DNA of 64,000 nucleotides, from NCBI RefSeq assembly GCF_002854065.1, contig NZ_CP024147.1. The stretch is one strand, 5' to 3'. The position numbers and the translations under genes are program-made. Positions 1-13,406 of this stretch are shown in pieces (within the stretch, counting starts at the first letter, position 1; every line of letters begins with the position of its first letter). Source of the DNA: Escherichia coli (GTDB taxonomy: Bacteria > Pseudomonadota > Gammaproteobacteria > Enterobacterales > Enterobacteriaceae). The notes under the pieces were generated by a model. The model was given only the letters and a program-made list of their open reading frames with translations, had not been told where the DNA came from and did not search any database.

Positions 1-173
1 AATGTTTAATGACGTACGAAACGTCAGCGGTCAACACCCGCCAGCAATGGACTGTATTGCGCTCTTCGTGCGTCGCGTCTGTTAAAAACTGGCGCTAACA
101 ATACAGGCTAAAGTCGAACCGCCAGGCTAGACTTTAGTTCCACAACACTAAACCTATAAGTTGGGGAAATACA
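1..173 (+). promoter_or_regulatory. cysK-ptsH intergenic region carrying the ptsH promoter and leader
   Basis: Non-coding stretch directly upstream of the HPr ORF; individual promoter elements not resolved by eye. Confidence 0.35.
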
Positions 174-431
174 ATGTTCCAGCAAGAAGTTACCATTACC
201 GCTCCGAACGGTCTGCACACCCGCCCTGCTGCCCAGTTTGTAAAAGAAGCTAAGGGCTTCACTTCTGAAATTACTGTGACTTCCAACGGCAAAAGCGCCA
301 GCGCGAAAAGCCTGTTTAAACTGCAGACTCTGGGCCTGACTCAAGGTACCGTTGTGACTATCTCCGCAGAAGGCGAAGACGAGCAGAAAGCGGTTGAACA
401 TCTGGTTAAACTGATGGCGGAACTCGAGTAA
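174..431 (+). CDS. ptsH: Phosphocarrier protein HPr of the PTS
   Basis: 85-aa [26 protein letters not shown] with active-site His15 context; followed by ptsI and crr. Confidence 0.95.
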
Positions 432-475
432 TTTCCCGGGTTCTTTTAAAAATCAGTCACAAGTAAGGTAGGGTT

Positions 476-2203
476 ATGATTTCAGGCATTTTAGCATCCC
501 CGGGTATCGCTTTCGGTAAAGCTCTGCTTCTGAAAGAAGACGAAATTGTCATTGACCGGAAAAAAATTTCTGCCGACCAGGTTGATCAGGAAGTTGAACG
601 TTTTCTGAGCGGTCGTGCCAAGGCATCAGCCCAGCTGGAAACGATCAAAACGAAAGCTGGTGAAACGTTCGGTGAAGAAAAAGAAGCCATCTTTGAAGGG
701 CATATTATGCTGCTCGAAGATGAGGAGCTGGAGCAGGAAATCATAGCCCTGATTAAAGATAAACACATGACAGCTGACGCAGCTGCTCATGAAGTTATCG
801 AAGGTCAGGCTTCTGCCCTGGAAGAGCTGGATGATGAATACCTGAAAGAACGTGCGGCTGACGTACGTGATATCGGTAAGCGCCTGCTGCGCAACATCCT
901 GGGCCTGAAGATTATCGACCTGAGCGCCATTCAGGATGAAGTCATTCTGGTTGCCGCTGACCTGACGCCGTCCGAAACCGCACAGCTGAACCTGAAGAAG
1001 GTGCTGGGTTTCATCACCGACGCGGGTGGCCGTACTTCCCACACCTCTATCATGGCGCGTTCTCTGGAACTGCCTGCTATCGTGGGTACCGGTAGCGTCA
1101 CCTCTCAGGTGAAAAATGACGACTATCTGATTCTGGATGCCGTAAATAATCAGGTTTACGTCAATCCAACCAACGAAGTTATTGATAAAATGCGCGCTGT
1201 TCAGGAGCAAGTGGCTTCTGAAAAAGCAGAGCTTGCTAAACTGAAAGATCTGCCAGCTATTACGCTGGACGGTCACCAGGTAGAAGTGTGCGCTAACATT
1301 GGTACGGTTCGTGACGTTGAAGGTGCAGAGCGTAACGGCGCTGAAGGCGTTGGTCTGTATCGTACTGAGTTCCTGTTCATGGACCGCGACGCGCTGCCCA
1401 CTGAAGAAGAACAGTTTGCTGCTTACAAAGCAGTGGCTGAAGCGTGTGGCTCGCAGGCGGTTATCGTTCGTACCATGGACATCGGCGGCGACAAAGAGCT
1501 GCCATACATGAACTTCCCGAAAGAAGAGAACCCGTTCCTCGGCTGGCGCGCTATCCGTATCGCGATGGATCGTAAAGAGATCCTGCGCGATCAGCTCCGC
1601 GCTATCCTGCGTGCCTCGGCTTTCGGTAAATTGCGCATTATGTTCCCGATGATCATCTCTGTTGAAGAAGTGCGTGCACTGCGCAAAGAGATCGAAATTT
1701 ACAAACAGGAACTGCGCGACGAAGGTAAAGCGTTTGACGAGTCAATTGAAATCGGCGTAATGGTGGAAACACCGGCTGCCGCAACAATTGCACGTCATTT
1801 AGCCAAAGAAGTTGATTTCTTTAGTATCGGCACCAATGATTTAACGCAGTACACTCTGGCAGTTGACCGTGGTAATGATATGATTTCACACCTTTACCAG
1901 CCAATGTCACCGTCCGTGCTGAACTTGATCAAGCAAGTTATTGATGCTTCTCATGCTGAAGGCAAATGGACTGGCATGTGTGGTGAGCTTGCTGGCGATG
2001 AACGTGCTACACTTCTGTTGCTGGGGATGGGTCTGGACGAATTCTCTATGAGCGCCATTTCTATCCCGCGCATTAAGAAGATTATCCGTAACACGAACTT
2101 CGAAGATGCGAAGGTGTTAGCAGAGCAGGCTCTTGCTCAACCGACAACGGACGAGTTAATGACGCTGGTTAACAAGTTCATTGAAGAAAAAACAATCTGC
2201 TAA
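476..2203 (+). CDS. ptsI: PTS enzyme I (phosphoenolpyruvate-protein phosphotransferase)
   Basis: 575-aa ORF with PEP-utilising enzyme motifs ([21 protein letters not shown]), between ptsH and crr. Confidence 0.95.
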   Translation: MISGILASPGIAFGKALLLKEDEIVIDRKKISADQVDQEVERFLSGRAKASAQLETIKTKAGETFGEEKEAIFEGHIMLLEDEELEQEIIALIKDKHMTADAAAHEVIEGQASALEELDDEYLKERAADVRDIGKRLLRNILGLKIIDLSAIQDEVILVAADLTPSETAQLNLKKVLGFITDAGGRTSHTSIMARSLELPAIVGTGSVTSQVKNDDYLILDAVNNQVYVNPTNEVIDKMRAVQEQVASEKAELAKLKDLPAITLDGHQVEVCANIGTVRDVEGAERNGAEGVGLYRTEFLFMDRDALPTEEEQFAAYKAVAEACGSQAVIVRTMDIGGDKELPYMNFPKEENPFLGWRAIRIAMDRKEILRDQLRAILRASAFGKLRIMFPMIISVEEVRALRKEIEIYKQELRDEGKAFDESIEIGVMVETPAAATIARHLAKEVDFFSIGTNDLTQYTLAVDRGNDMISHLYQPMSPSVLNLIKQVIDASHAEGKWTGMCGELAGDERATLLLLGMGLDEFSMSAISIPRIKKIIRNTNFEDAKVLAEQALAQPTTDELMTLVNKFIEEKTIC

Positions 2204-2243
2204 TCCACGAGATGCGGCCCAATTTACTGCTTAGGAGAAGATC

Positions 2244-2753
2244 ATGGGTTTGTTCGATAAACTGAAATCTCTGGTTTCCGACGACAAGAAGGATACCGGA
2301 ACTATTGAGATCATTGCTCCGCTCTCTGGCGAGATCGTCAATATCGAAGACGTGCCGGATGTCGTTTTTGCGGAAAAAATCGTTGGTGATGGTATTGCTA
2401 TCAAACCAACGGGTAACAAAATGGTCGCGCCTGTAGACGGCACCATTGGTAAAATCTTTGAAACCAACCACGCATTCTCTATCGAATCTGATAGCGGCGT
2501 TGAACTGTTCGTCCACTTCGGTATCGACACCGTTGAACTGAAAGGCGAAGGCTTCAAGCGTATTGCTGAAGAAGGTCAGCGCGTGAAAGTTGGCGATACT
2601 GTCATTGAATTTGATCTGCCGCTGCTGGAAGAGAAAGCCAAGTCTACCCTGACTCCGGTTGTTATCTCCAACATGGACGAAATCAAAGAACTGATCAAAC
2701 TGTCCGGTAGCGTGACTGTGGGTGAAACCCCGGTTATCCGCATCAAGAAGTAA
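2244..2753 (+). CDS. crr: Glucose-specific PTS EIIA component
   Basis: 169-aa [42 protein letters not shown]; conserved pts operon position. Confidence 0.95.
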
Positions 2754-2766
2754 TTCTTGCCGCAGT

Positions 2767-2797
2767 GAAAAATGGCGCCCATCGGCGCCATTTTTTT
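2767..2797. terminator. Bidirectional Rho-independent terminator shared by crr (+) and pdxK (-)
   Basis: A-run, then GC stem tggcgcc / ggcgcca (2773-2790) with 4-nt loop, then T7 run; sits between convergent genes. Confidence 0.6.
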
Positions 2798-3647
2798 ATG
2801 CTTCCGCCAGCGGCGGCAAAATCAATTCATCGCTCTCATGCTGCTGGGTGTAGCGCATCACTTCCAGTACGCGCAACCCCGCGCGGTGCACCGCATCGTT
2901 TAATGCCTTCCCTTTCAGCAAACCACTGATAAGCTGAGCACAAAACAGGTCGCCAGTCCCTTTCAGGTCGGTTTTTACCCGTGAATGGGAAATGACATTC
3001 ACGCTGTCGGCAGTGACCACCACAACCTGCATCTCCTGATTTTCTTCATTACCGGAGGCGCTGGTAATCACCACCCATTTTAATGTGTCTGAAAGCAGAC
3101 TTTTTGCGGCAGCAATGGCACTGTCGAGATCGCGGCAATTTTTACCGGTCAGGATTTCCAACTCAAAGATATTGGGGGTAATTCCCTGCGCCAGCGGCAG
3201 TAAATATTGTCGATACGCTTCGGGAAGGTCAGGTTTGACATAAATTCCGCTGTCAATATCGCCAATCACCGGATCGACCATGATCAATAGGTCAGGATGG
3301 TCTTTGCGTAGCGCAGTCAGCCACTCGGCAAGGATTTTGATTTGCGATGCCGTTCCCATATAGCCCGTGGTTACAGCACGAAGTTGGCGCAGCGCATCAC
3401 GCTCCTGAAGCGCACGCAAATAGCCGCTAAACCATTCGTCCGGAATCGCACCACCGTAGAAAGTGTCATAATGCGGCGTATTGCTCAGCAATACCGTCGG
3501 CACGGCAAAGACATTCAGGCCGTTCTGTTTGATAGCAGGCACGGCAATGCTGTTGCCTACGCTGCCGTACACTACCTGCGACTGCACGGCGACGATATCC
3601 GCCTGCAGTGCCCTGCTCTTATCGTTAAACAACAACAAACTACTCAT
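2796..3647 (-). CDS. pdxK: Pyridoxal/pyridoxine/pyridoxamine kinase
   Basis: 283-aa ORF of the ribokinase-like PdxK family, convergent with crr. Confidence 0.9.
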   Translation of the reverse strand: MSSLLLFNDKSRALQADIVAVQSQVVYGSVGNSIAVPAIKQNGLNVFAVPTVLLSNTPHYDTFYGGAIPDEWFSGYLRALQERDALRQLRAVTTGYMGTASQIKILAEWLTALRKDHPDLLIMVDPVIGDIDSGIYVKPDLPEAYRQYLLPLAQGITPNIFELEILTGKNCRDLDSAIAAAKSLLSDTLKWVVITSASGNEENQEMQVVVVTADSVNVISHSRVKTDLKGTGDLFCAQLISGLLKGKALNDAVHRAGLRVLEVMRYTQQHESDELILPPLAEA

Positions 3648-3660
3648 TTAATTTTTTCTC

Positions 3661-4120
<460 letters not shown>

Positions 4121-4122
4121 TC

Positions 4123-5034
4123 TTAAATCCCCGCCCCCTGACTAAAATGCTCTTCCCCAAACACCCCGGTGGAAAGGTAGCGATCGCCACGATCGCAGAT
4201 GATCGCTACCACCACCGCACCAGGGTTAGCTTTTGCCACCCGCAGTGCTCCGGCAACCGCGCCGCCGGAGCTGACGCCACAGAATATTCCTTCCCGCACC
4301 GCCAGTTCGCGCATGGTGTTTTCCGCATCGCGCTGATGAATATCCAGCACCTCATCCACCAGAGAAGCGTTGAAAATCCCCGGCAGATATTCCGCAGGCC
4401 AGCGGCGAATGCCGGGAATGCTACTGCCCTCTTCCGGCTGCAGGCCAACAATGGTCACCGGTTTGGATTGTTCGCGCATAAAGCGTGAAACGCCGGTGAT
4501 AGTGCCGGTTGTTCCCATGCTGGAGACAAAATGGGTAATGCGCCCGCCAGTCTGCTGCCAGATTTCCGGCCCGGTAGTGGTGTAATGGGCGTAAGGGTTA
4601 TCGGGATTGTTGAACTGATCGAGCAGCTTTCCTTCACCACGATTCGCCATCTCCAGCGCCAGATCGCGCGCACCTTCCATGCCCTGCTCTTTGGTGACAA
4701 GAATCAGTTCCGCACCATAAGCACGCATCGCCGCACGGCGTTCCTGACTCATGTTGTCGGGCATCAGCAATTTCATGCGATAGCCTTTAAGCGCGGCAAT
4801 CATTGCCAGCGCAATGCCGGTGTTACCACTGGTGGCTTCGATTAACACATCACCCGGTTTAATTTCCCCGCGCTTTTCCGCCTCGACGATCATCCAAAGC
4901 GCAGCACGATCTTTCACCGAACCTGCCGGGTTATTGCCTTCCAGTTTTAACCACACTTCACTGCCGTTATTCGGCCCCATTCGCTGCAACTTCACCAGAG
5001 GCGTATTGCCTATTGTTTGTTCTAATGTACTCAC
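4123..5034 (-). CDS. cysM: Cysteine synthase B (O-acetylserine sulfhydrylase B)
   Basis: PLP-dependent cysteine synthase fold; start refined to the GTG (VSTLEQTIGNTPLV) inside the longer track ORF; adjacent to cysAWUP. Confidence 0.9.
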   Translation of the reverse strand: MSTLEQTIGNTPLVKLQRMGPNNGSEVWLKLEGNNPAGSVKDRAALWMIVEAEKRGEIKPGDVLIEATSGNTGIALAMIAALKGYRMKLLMPDNMSQERRAAMRAYGAELILVTKEQGMEGARDLALEMANRGEGKLLDQFNNPDNPYAHYTTTGPEIWQQTGGRITHFVSSMGTTGTITGVSRFMREQSKPVTIVGLQPEEGSSIPGIRRWPAEYLPGIFNASLVDEVLDIHQRDAENTMRELAVREGIFCGVSSGGAVAGALRVAKANPGAVVVAIICDRGDRYLSTGVFGEEHFSQGAGI

Positions 5035-5054
5035 GATCTCTGTCCATACGTGGT

Positions 5055-5095
5055 GTCGCCTGATGCGACGCTTGCGCGTCTTATCAGGCCTACAG
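5055..5095. repeat. REP (repetitive extragenic palindromic) element between cysM and cysA
   Basis: Sequence cgcctgatgcgacgcttgcgcgtcttatcaggcctaca is an imperfect palindrome of the REP type. Confidence 0.55.
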
Positions 5096-5167
5096 GTTAC
5101 AAACCTTGCCATTAAAAAACCCGGATCGCGGGAAGCGCCTCCGGGCGTTTAACATTCACTCAACCTA

Positions 5168-6265
5168 TCAGGCGCTTTGTGCGAGAGCAAGTTCCTCATC
5201 TCGGGTTTCGATACGCTCGTCGCCGTTATACAGCCGCGCATGTTGCAGACCAACGAATAAACGCTCGCCACGCTGCGGGGCATCGTCGCCATGCATCACG
5301 ACCGTCAGCGGTTCGTTGTACCACCCCAGCGGCTGCACCACTAATTGGGTGTAGTGACCTTTCGGGCTGGCTTCCAGTACCTGTACCGGCAGCGGCGAAT
5401 CGAGGCTGGTACGGCGGCTGATATCCACTTCCCACGGGCGCAGGAAGAGATCCACCGGCCCCTGATACGCAGGTGTGTAGCCCAGCGGCCAGCGATGTGC
5501 GCCAACATGGAACTGCCCGCCGCGAATGGTTCCCTGCAGGCGGTTCACTTCGCCCATAAATTCGAGCACAAAACGGGTCGCCGGTTCGCGCCATACCTGA
5601 TCCGGCGCGTCAGCCTGTTCAATATTGCCCTGGCTCATCACAACTACACGATCAGCTACTTCGGTCGCTTCTTCCTGATCGTGGGTCACAAAAACGCTGG
5701 TGAATTTTAGTTCTTCATGGAGTTGACGCAGCCAGCGACGCAGCTCTTTACGCACCTGCGCATCCAACGCGCCAAACGGTTCATCAAGCAGCAGAATTTG
5801 CGGTTCTACAGCAAGCGCACGCGCCAGCGCTACACGCTGTTTCTGGCCGCCGGAAAGCTGCGCCGGATAACGATCCGCCAGATGGGCAAGCTGGACCATT
5901 TCCAGCAATTTTGTCACTTTCGCTTTGATCGCCGCGGCATTCGGGCGCTCGCGACGCGGCAGCACCGTCAGGCCAAAAGCGATATTGTCGAATACCGTCA
6001 TATGGCGGAACAGCGCGTAATGCTGGAACACGAAACCGACTTTACGGTCGCGCGCATGCAGGCGGCTGACGTCGGTACCGTGGAAACGGATATGCCCGCT
6101 GGTTTGATGCTCCAGCCCGGCGATAATCCGCAGCAGCGTGGTTTTCCCGGAGCCGGAGGGCCCCAGCAACGCGACCATCTGACCAGAAGGAATATCCAGT
6201 GAGATATCGTTCAGCACCTGGGTGCGACCAAAAGACTTCTTAATATTGGCAATCTCAATGCTCAT
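5168..6265 (-). CDS. cysA: Sulfate/thiosulfate ABC transporter ATP-binding protein
   Basis: 365-aa ORF with Walker [10 protein letters not shown] and ABC signature LSGGQKQR. Confidence 0.95.
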   Translation of the reverse strand: MSIEIANIKKSFGRTQVLNDISLDIPSGQMVALLGPSGSGKTTLLRIIAGLEHQTSGHIRFHGTDVSRLHARDRKVGFVFQHYALFRHMTVFDNIAFGLTVLPRRERPNAAAIKAKVTKLLEMVQLAHLADRYPAQLSGGQKQRVALARALAVEPQILLLDEPFGALDAQVRKELRRWLRQLHEELKFTSVFVTHDQEEATEVADRVVVMSQGNIEQADAPDQVWREPATRFVLEFMGEVNRLQGTIRGGQFHVGAHRWPLGYTPAYQGPVDLFLRPWEVDISRRTSLDSPLPVQVLEASPKGHYTQLVVQPLGWYNEPLTVVMHGDDAPQRGERLFVGLQHARLYNGDERIETRDEELALAQSA

Positions 6266-7130
6266 GATGCTCCTCCTGCTGCGCGCGTTTTTCCTGATTC
6301 TCCAGACGCCACTGCAACATACTCTTTAAAAACAGGGTGATAATCGCCATCAGCGTCAACAGCGCGGCGGCGGTAAAGGAGCCGACGGTGTTGTAGTCCT
6401 GCTCCAGCAATTCAATCTGTAACGGCAGCGAAAGTGTTTCGCCACGAATCGAGCCGGAAACCACCGACACCGCGCCAAACTCGCCAATCGCGCGGGCGTT
6501 GGTCAGCACCACGCCGTAAAGCAGCGCCCAGCGAATATTCGGTAATGTAACGCGACGGAACATCTGCCAGCCAGACGCGCCAAGCAAAATCGCCGCTTCG
6601 TCTTCCTGGCTGCCCTGGCTTAACATCACCGGCACCAGCTCGCGCACCACAAACGGACACGTCACAAAGATGGTGACCAGCACCATTCCCGGCCAGGAGA
6701 ACATGATTTGCAGATTATGTTCATCCAGCCAGCCGCCCAGCGGGCCGTTAGAGCCGTAGAACAGCAGATACACCAGACCGGCAACCACCGGCGATACGGC
6801 AAACGGAATGTCCAGTAGCGTCAGCAGTAACTGGCGTCCGGGGAAGTTAAAGCGCGTCACCAGCCAGGCCAGCAGAATGCCGAACACCAGGTTCACCGGT
6901 ACGGCAATCAGCGCAATCATCACCGTCAGCCAAATCGCGTGCAACATGTCCGGATCGGCCAGATTCTGTAAAACCGGCATCAGCCCCTTGCTGAATGCCT
7001 GCACGAAGATGTAAATCATCGGCACCAGCAGGATGAACGCCGAAACCAGCATCCCGATGCCAATCAGAAACCATTTGCCCCAGTTAATCGGGCGCGCGTC
7101 ATAACGCTTCAATTGGGTAACTTCCGCCAT
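6255..7130 (-). CDS. cysW: Sulfate/thiosulfate ABC transporter permease
   Basis: 291-aa polytopic membrane ORF overlapping cysA start, typical cysUWA arrangement. Confidence 0.95.
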   Translation of the reverse strand: MAEVTQLKRYDARPINWGKWFLIGIGMLVSAFILLVPMIYIFVQAFSKGLMPVLQNLADPDMLHAIWLTVMIALIAVPVNLVFGILLAWLVTRFNFPGRQLLLTLLDIPFAVSPVVAGLVYLLFYGSNGPLGGWLDEHNLQIMFSWPGMVLVTIFVTCPFVVRELVPVMLSQGSQEDEAAILLGASGWQMFRRVTLPNIRWALLYGVVLTNARAIGEFGAVSVVSGSIRGETLSLPLQIELLEQDYNTVGSFTAAALLTLMAIITLFLKSMLQWRLENQEKRAQQEEHHEH

Positions 7131-7963
7131 TAATGACCTACCACACGCCGACCAAAGCGACTTTGCAGAGTGTTAATTGAGAACAGCAGCAGCAGAGATG
7201 CCGCGAGGATCACCGAAGCAATCGCGCTCGCCGCCGGGTAATCAAACTCCTGCAAGCGCACAAAAATCATCAGCGACGTCACTTCCGTCTTCCAGGCGAT
7301 GTTCCCGGCGATAAATATCACCGCGCCAAACTCACCAAGACTACGGGTAAACGACAGCGCCACGCCCGCCACCAGCGCCGGAGAAAGCTCCGGCAGCACC
7401 ACTTTGCAGAAACTTTGCCAGCGCGTTGCGCCAAGCGTTTCTGCCGCTTCTTCATATTCCGGGCCCAACTCTTCCAGCACCGGCTGCACGGTACGCACCA
7501 CAAACGGGATGCTGGTAAAGGCCATCGCCACCGCGATCCCAAGCCAGGTGTAGGTGACTTTGATATCAAACTTCGCCAGCCATTCACCGTAAAAACCGTT
7601 CACGGAAAAGAGCGAGGCCAGCGTTAAACCGGCGACTGCCGTTGGCAGCGCAAAGGGTAAATCCATCAGCGCATCAAGCAGCGTGCGGCCCGGAAAGCGA
7701 TAGCGGGTTAAGATCCACGCCATCAGCAGACCGAAAACGCCGTTAAAAATTGATGCCACAAACGCCGACAGCAGCGTCACTTTGTAGGCCGCGACCACCT
7801 GCGGGTTGGTGATCACCTCCCAGTACTGCGCCCAGCTCATCTCAGAGAGTTGCATAACCAGCGCAGAGAGCGGTAGCAGCAAAATCAGGCACACAAACAG
7901 CAGACTGGTGCCGAGGCTTAAGGTAAAGCCCGGCAGCACGCGTCTTGATGAAACTGCAAACAT
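7130..7963 (-). CDS. cysU: Sulfate/thiosulfate ABC transporter permease
   Basis: 277-aa membrane ORF, stop overlaps cysW start. Confidence 0.95.
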   Translation of the reverse strand: MFAVSSRRVLPGFTLSLGTSLLFVCLILLLPLSALVMQLSEMSWAQYWEVITNPQVVAAYKVTLLSAFVASIFNGVFGLLMAWILTRYRFPGRTLLDALMDLPFALPTAVAGLTLASLFSVNGFYGEWLAKFDIKVTYTWLGIAVAMAFTSIPFVVRTVQPVLEELGPEYEEAAETLGATRWQSFCKVVLPELSPALVAGVALSFTRSLGEFGAVIFIAGNIAWKTEVTSLMIFVRLQEFDYPAASAIASVILAASLLLLFSINTLQSRFGRRVVGH

Positions 7964-8979
7964 TACTTACGCCCCGCCGCTAACAGCTTGTCTAACTCGC
8001 CGCCGCTGGTGAAATGGGTTTTCATCACTTCCAGCCAGGAGCCAAATTTGTCTTCCACGCGGAACAGCTCGGTCTGCGGGAATTTGTCTTTCAGTTTGTC
8101 CATGACTTCCGGGTTATTTACGCGGTAGTAATAGTCGGTGATGATGGTCTGCGCCTGCGGGCTGTAGAGCCAATTCAGATAGGCAATTGCTGCTTTTTCC
8201 GTACCGTTGTCCTGCACGTTTTTATCGACCCACGCCACCGGGAATTCCGCCAGAATGTTGGTTTTCGGAATCACCACTTCAAAGCCCTGCGCTTCATACT
8301 GTTTGCGGATGTTGTTCACTTCCGACTCGAAGCTGATCAGCACATCGCCCAGGCCGCGCTCGGCAAAAGTGGTGGTCGCGCCACGACCGCCAGTATCGAA
8401 CACTTCAACGTTTTTCAGGAACTGGGTCATAAACTGTTCGGTTTTGGCTTTATCGCCACCGTCAGCTTTGTCCGCTGCGCCCCATGCCGCCAGATAGGTG
8501 TAACGCGCGTTACCGGAGGTTTTTGGGTTCGGAAAAATTAGCTTCACATCGGAGCGCACCAGGTCGTTCCAGTCGTGGATATTTTTCGGGTTGCCCTTAC
8601 GCACCAGGAAGCCCATGGTGGAGTAGAACGGCGAGCTATTATTCGGCAGGCGCGACTGCCAGTCCGCCGGGATAAGCTTGCCTTTATCGTGCAGAATTTG
8701 TACGTCGGTCACCTGGTTATAAGTGACAACGTCGGCTTTTAAGCCCTGCAAAATTGCCAGCGCCTGTTTTGATGACCCGGCATGAGATTGTTTTATCGTC
8801 AGTTTGTCGCCGCCGTTATCTTTGGCCCATTGTTGCTCAAACGGCGGGTTCAGGGCGGCAAACAGCTCGCGGGAGACGTCATAAGAACTGTTCAGCAGTT
8901 CCGTTGCCTGTACATGGCCCGCCAGCAGCAGAGAAGCGACCAGCGCGAGTGAGTTCTTTTTCAGTAAGTTAACGGCCAT
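7963..8979 (-). CDS. cysP: Thiosulfate-binding periplasmic protein
   Basis: 338-aa ORF with signal peptide, first gene of the cysPUWA-cysM cluster. Confidence 0.95.
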   Translation of the reverse strand: MAVNLLKKNSLALVASLLLAGHVQATELLNSSYDVSRELFAALNPPFEQQWAKDNGGDKLTIKQSHAGSSKQALAILQGLKADVVTYNQVTDVQILHDKGKLIPADWQSRLPNNSSPFYSTMGFLVRKGNPKNIHDWNDLVRSDVKLIFPNPKTSGNARYTYLAAWGAADKADGGDKAKTEQFMTQFLKNVEVFDTGGRGATTTFAERGLGDVLISFESEVNNIRKQYEAQGFEVVIPKTNILAEFPVAWVDKNVQDNGTEKAAIAYLNWLYSPQAQTIITDYYYRVNNPEVMDKLKDKFPQTELFRVEDKFGSWLEVMKTHFTSGGELDKLLAAGRK

Positions 8980-9136
8980 TGCGCACCCTTATAAATTTAA
9001 TGACTTTCTAATAGCCATCATATTTATAACGGACGTGAAAGGAGTAACGGTTTTATATACCGTTTGGTGATTTGGAAGTTGAAAAGGGAATAAGACGAAA
9101 TCCTCCCCACACATGCAGGGAGGAAACAGAGGTGAA

Positions 9137-9928
9137 TCAGATACCGACGCTGACCGTCTCCGGCAGTGTGCTGCCGCCATCAATCACATTCTGTGTACCG
9201 GTTAAATAGCTGGATTCATCCGATGCAAGGAAGGCCGCCAGTTCGCCGACTTCCAGCGGATCGGCGAGGCGACGCAGCGGGATTGCTTTTGCCATATCAG
9301 TCAGCACCGACTCTGGATCTTCCGGGTTCGACTGGCGGGCAATGCTTTCCGCCATTGGCGTGCGGACGTATCCCGGGCAGATGGCGTTAACGCGAATACC
9401 GGATTGCGCGTACTCCACCGCCAGCGATTTTGTCAGGCCAACAATCGCCGCTTTCGTTAAGGCGTACGCCGTTTCACCCGGATCGGCCACCATATCACCA
9501 GTGACTGAAGACATCATCACAATGCGACCATCTTTGCGGGCAATCATCTCCGGCAGCACCGCCTTCGTGACGTTCCATACGCCTTTAATATTGATGTCAA
9601 TATGGAAATCGCGATCGTCATCGCTCATATCGAGGAAACTGCCCAGACGACAAACGCCTGCGTTATTCACCAGGATATCAATGCGCCCTTCTTTTTCCTT
9701 CGCGCGTTTGATAGCTGCGGCTACCGACGCCGGGTCACGCACATCGGCGACAACCGCCGTACAGCGATGACCACGACCACACAGTTCGTCCGCCAGCTTT
9801 TCGATCTCAGGGGAGATATCCAGCAAGATTAGGTTTGCGCCATGACGCGCAAAAGTTCTGGCAATTCCTTCGCCAATTCCCTGCAATGCGCCCGTAATCA
9901 GTGCTGTCTTGCCCGTGAGTTTACCCAT
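9137..9928 (-). CDS. ucpA: Short-chain dehydrogenase/reductase UcpA
   Basis: Rossmann motif TGALQGIGEG; start refined to internal ATG (MGKLTGKTALITG) at 9926-9928. Confidence 0.85.
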   Translation of the reverse strand: MGKLTGKTALITGALQGIGEGIARTFARHGANLILLDISPEIEKLADELCGRGHRCTAVVADVRDPASVAAAIKRAKEKEGRIDILVNNAGVCRLGSFLDMSDDDRDFHIDINIKGVWNVTKAVLPEMIARKDGRIVMMSSVTGDMVADPGETAYALTKAAIVGLTKSLAVEYAQSGIRVNAICPGYVRTPMAESIARQSNPEDPESVLTDMAKAIPLRRLADPLEVGELAAFLASDESSYLTGTQNVIDGGSTLPETVSVGI

Positions 9929-10056
9929 TTTAATGCTCTCCTTGTTAATACAGAGCGTTACACTCCATTCCCTCTGAAAATACAGGATAAACAAAATATT
10001 GCTGCGGATCAGCTCACTAATTCAGGAAAATCTCAATCCAGTCGCTGCTTTATGCA

Positions 10057-10914
10057 TCATTTCAGGCGTTGTGTTAGCTCACTGCTGCGCTGAATCATTT
10101 TCAATGACTCCACATCATTGAGTTGCACAAGACCAACAAACAGTAAATCGGTAACAGAATTTTGCGCCGTGCGGGTAGACATCGACGAGCTACGCCATTC
10201 GGTTTCACCGGAAACGGTATCGAGCGTGAAATGCGCCAGCCGCCGCAGCGGAGAGTCAGCCAGAGAAGTAATGGCAATCACCGTTGCCCCCTGCTTTCGT
10301 GCCGCTTCTGCGCACAAGACAATCTCTTTTTTACTGCCGCTGTAAGAGATAGCGATTTGTACATCGCCTTTTTTCAACGCCTGGGAAACGGTAGCTTGTA
10401 CGTGCGTGTCGGCTTCGCAGGCCACGCGATAGCCAATTTTCATCAGTTTGAACGACAGATCGCGCCCCACCAGCGCCGATCCGCCCAGGCCCGTTATCTG
10501 GATAAACGGTGCTTTACTGATGACCTCAATGATTTTTTGCAGCCGCGCGTAGTCGAACAACGCGCAGGTTTGCTCCAGCGCCAGCTCTTTTTCGCGATTC
10601 AGTTTGCGGGCAATCACTTCCAGCGAATCATCACTGGTAATCGAACTGTGCAGGTGCAGCGCCGTGGCATTCGTTTTCTCCCGGCTGGCACAGTATTCGC
10701 CTATTAACGCCATACGCAATTCAGTAAATCCTTGTGCGCCGAGCTTCTGGGCAAACTTCACAATACTCGACTGGCTGATGCCGAGCTGTTTCGCCATCTT
10801 GCGCGAAGAGACGGATTTCAGCTCACTCACGTTGGCCCGCAGAAAGTCAGCAATTTTTTGCTCGTTCTCGGTAAATTCACTTTCCGCATTGCGTATTTTC
10901 GTCAGGTACAACAT
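10057..10914 (-). CDS. murR: RpiR-family repressor of murQP
   Basis: HTH plus SIS domain; start refined to ATG at 10912-10914 ([14 protein letters not shown]); divergent from murQ. Confidence 0.85.
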   Translation of the reverse strand: MLYLTKIRNAESEFTENEQKIADFLRANVSELKSVSSRKMAKQLGISQSSIVKFAQKLGAQGFTELRMALIGEYCASREKTNATALHLHSSITSDDSLEVIARKLNREKELALEQTCALFDYARLQKIIEVISKAPFIQITGLGGSALVGRDLSFKLMKIGYRVACEADTHVQATVSQALKKGDVQIAISYSGSKKEIVLCAEAARKQGATVIAITSLADSPLRRLAHFTLDTVSGETEWRSSSMSTRTAQNSVTDLLFVGLVQLNDVESLKMIQRSSELTQRLK

Positions 10915-11077
10915 CTTCCACTCTCCTGGGCTGGCAGCAAAAATTCCGCTTAAGTTCTTATGACGCTCTTCACACTCTGCGAGTGTAGACTCAATGATTC
11001 CTTTATGTCTGTCAATTCGGGATATATGATTCCATACATCTGCAATTATTTGATCGTAAATAGTAAGGTCACCACCG

Positions 11078-11974
11078 ATGCAACTTGAAAAGATGATTAC
11101 CGAAGGCTCGAACGCCGCCTCGGCTGAAATTGACCGCGTATCAACGCTGGAAATGTGCCGGATTGTCAACGATGAAGATAAAACCGTACCGCTTGCCGTT
11201 GAGCGCGTACTGCCGGATATCGCCGCGGCGATCGATGTTATCCACGCCCAGGTAAGCGGCGGCGGTCGTCTGATTTATCTCGGTGCGGGAACATCCGGTC
11301 GTCTGGGGATTCTGGATGCCAGCGAATGTCCGCCCACCTACGGCGTGAAACCGGGTTTGGTGGTTGGTTTGATTGCTGGAGGCGAATATGCCATTCAGCA
11401 CGCGGTGGAAGGCGCTGAAGATAGCCGGGAAGGTGGTGTTAACGATCTGAAAAATATTAATTTAACGGCACAGGATGTGGTGGTTGGTATTGCGGCCAGT
11501 GGTCGCACGCCGTATGTAATTGCCGGACTGGAATACGCACGCCAGCTCGGCTGCCGTACAGTGGGAATTTCCTGTAATCCGGGGAGTGCCGTTTCAACCA
11601 CCGCCGAGTTTGCCATTACACCGATTGTAGGTGCCGAAGTGGTTACCGGTTCTTCGCGAATGAAAGCAGGCACAGCGCAGAAACTGGTGCTCAATATGCT
11701 CTCCACCGGGCTGATGATTAAATCCGGCAAAGTGTTCGGCAACCTGATGGTCGATGTGGTCGCCACCAACGAAAAACTGCATGTGCGCCAGGTCAATATC
11801 GTTAAAAACGCTACCGGATGTAGCGCAGAGCAAGCGGAAGCGGCGTTAATTGCCTGCGAGCGCAACTGTAAAACGGCCATTGTGATGTTGCTGAAAAATC
11901 TCGATGCCGCAGAGGCTAAAAAACGCCTGGATCAACACGGCGGCTTTATTCGTCAGGTTTTAGACAAGGAATAA
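11078..11974 (+). CDS. murQ: N-acetylmuramic acid 6-phosphate etherase
   Basis: 298-aa SIS-domain ORF upstream of murP. Confidence 0.9.
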   Translation: MQLEKMITEGSNAASAEIDRVSTLEMCRIVNDEDKTVPLAVERVLPDIAAAIDVIHAQVSGGGRLIYLGAGTSGRLGILDASECPPTYGVKPGLVVGLIAGGEYAIQHAVEGAEDSREGGVNDLKNINLTAQDVVVGIAASGRTPYVIAGLEYARQLGCRTVGISCNPGSAVSTTAEFAITPIVGAEVVTGSSRMKAGTAQKLVLNMLSTGLMIKSGKVFGNLMVDVVATNEKLHVRQVNIVKNATGCSAEQAEAALIACERNCKTAIVMLLKNLDAAEAKKRLDQHGGFIRQVLDKE

Positions 11975-11977
11975 CCC

Positions 11978-13402
<1,425 letters not shown>

Positions 13403-13406
13403 TATT

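Noticed and set aside
626-1276. 216-aa minus-strand ORF inside ptsI
   Set aside because: Antisense to a well-supported PTS enzyme I gene and low-complexity in composition; a typical shadow ORF.
5717-6202. 161-aa plus-strand ORF opposite cysA
   Set aside because: Arg/Gln-rich antisense frame inside a conserved ABC ATPase gene; no SD and no independent support.
8014-8541. 175-aa plus-strand ORF opposite cysP
   Set aside because: Antisense shadow ORF within cysP; composition atypical for a real protein.
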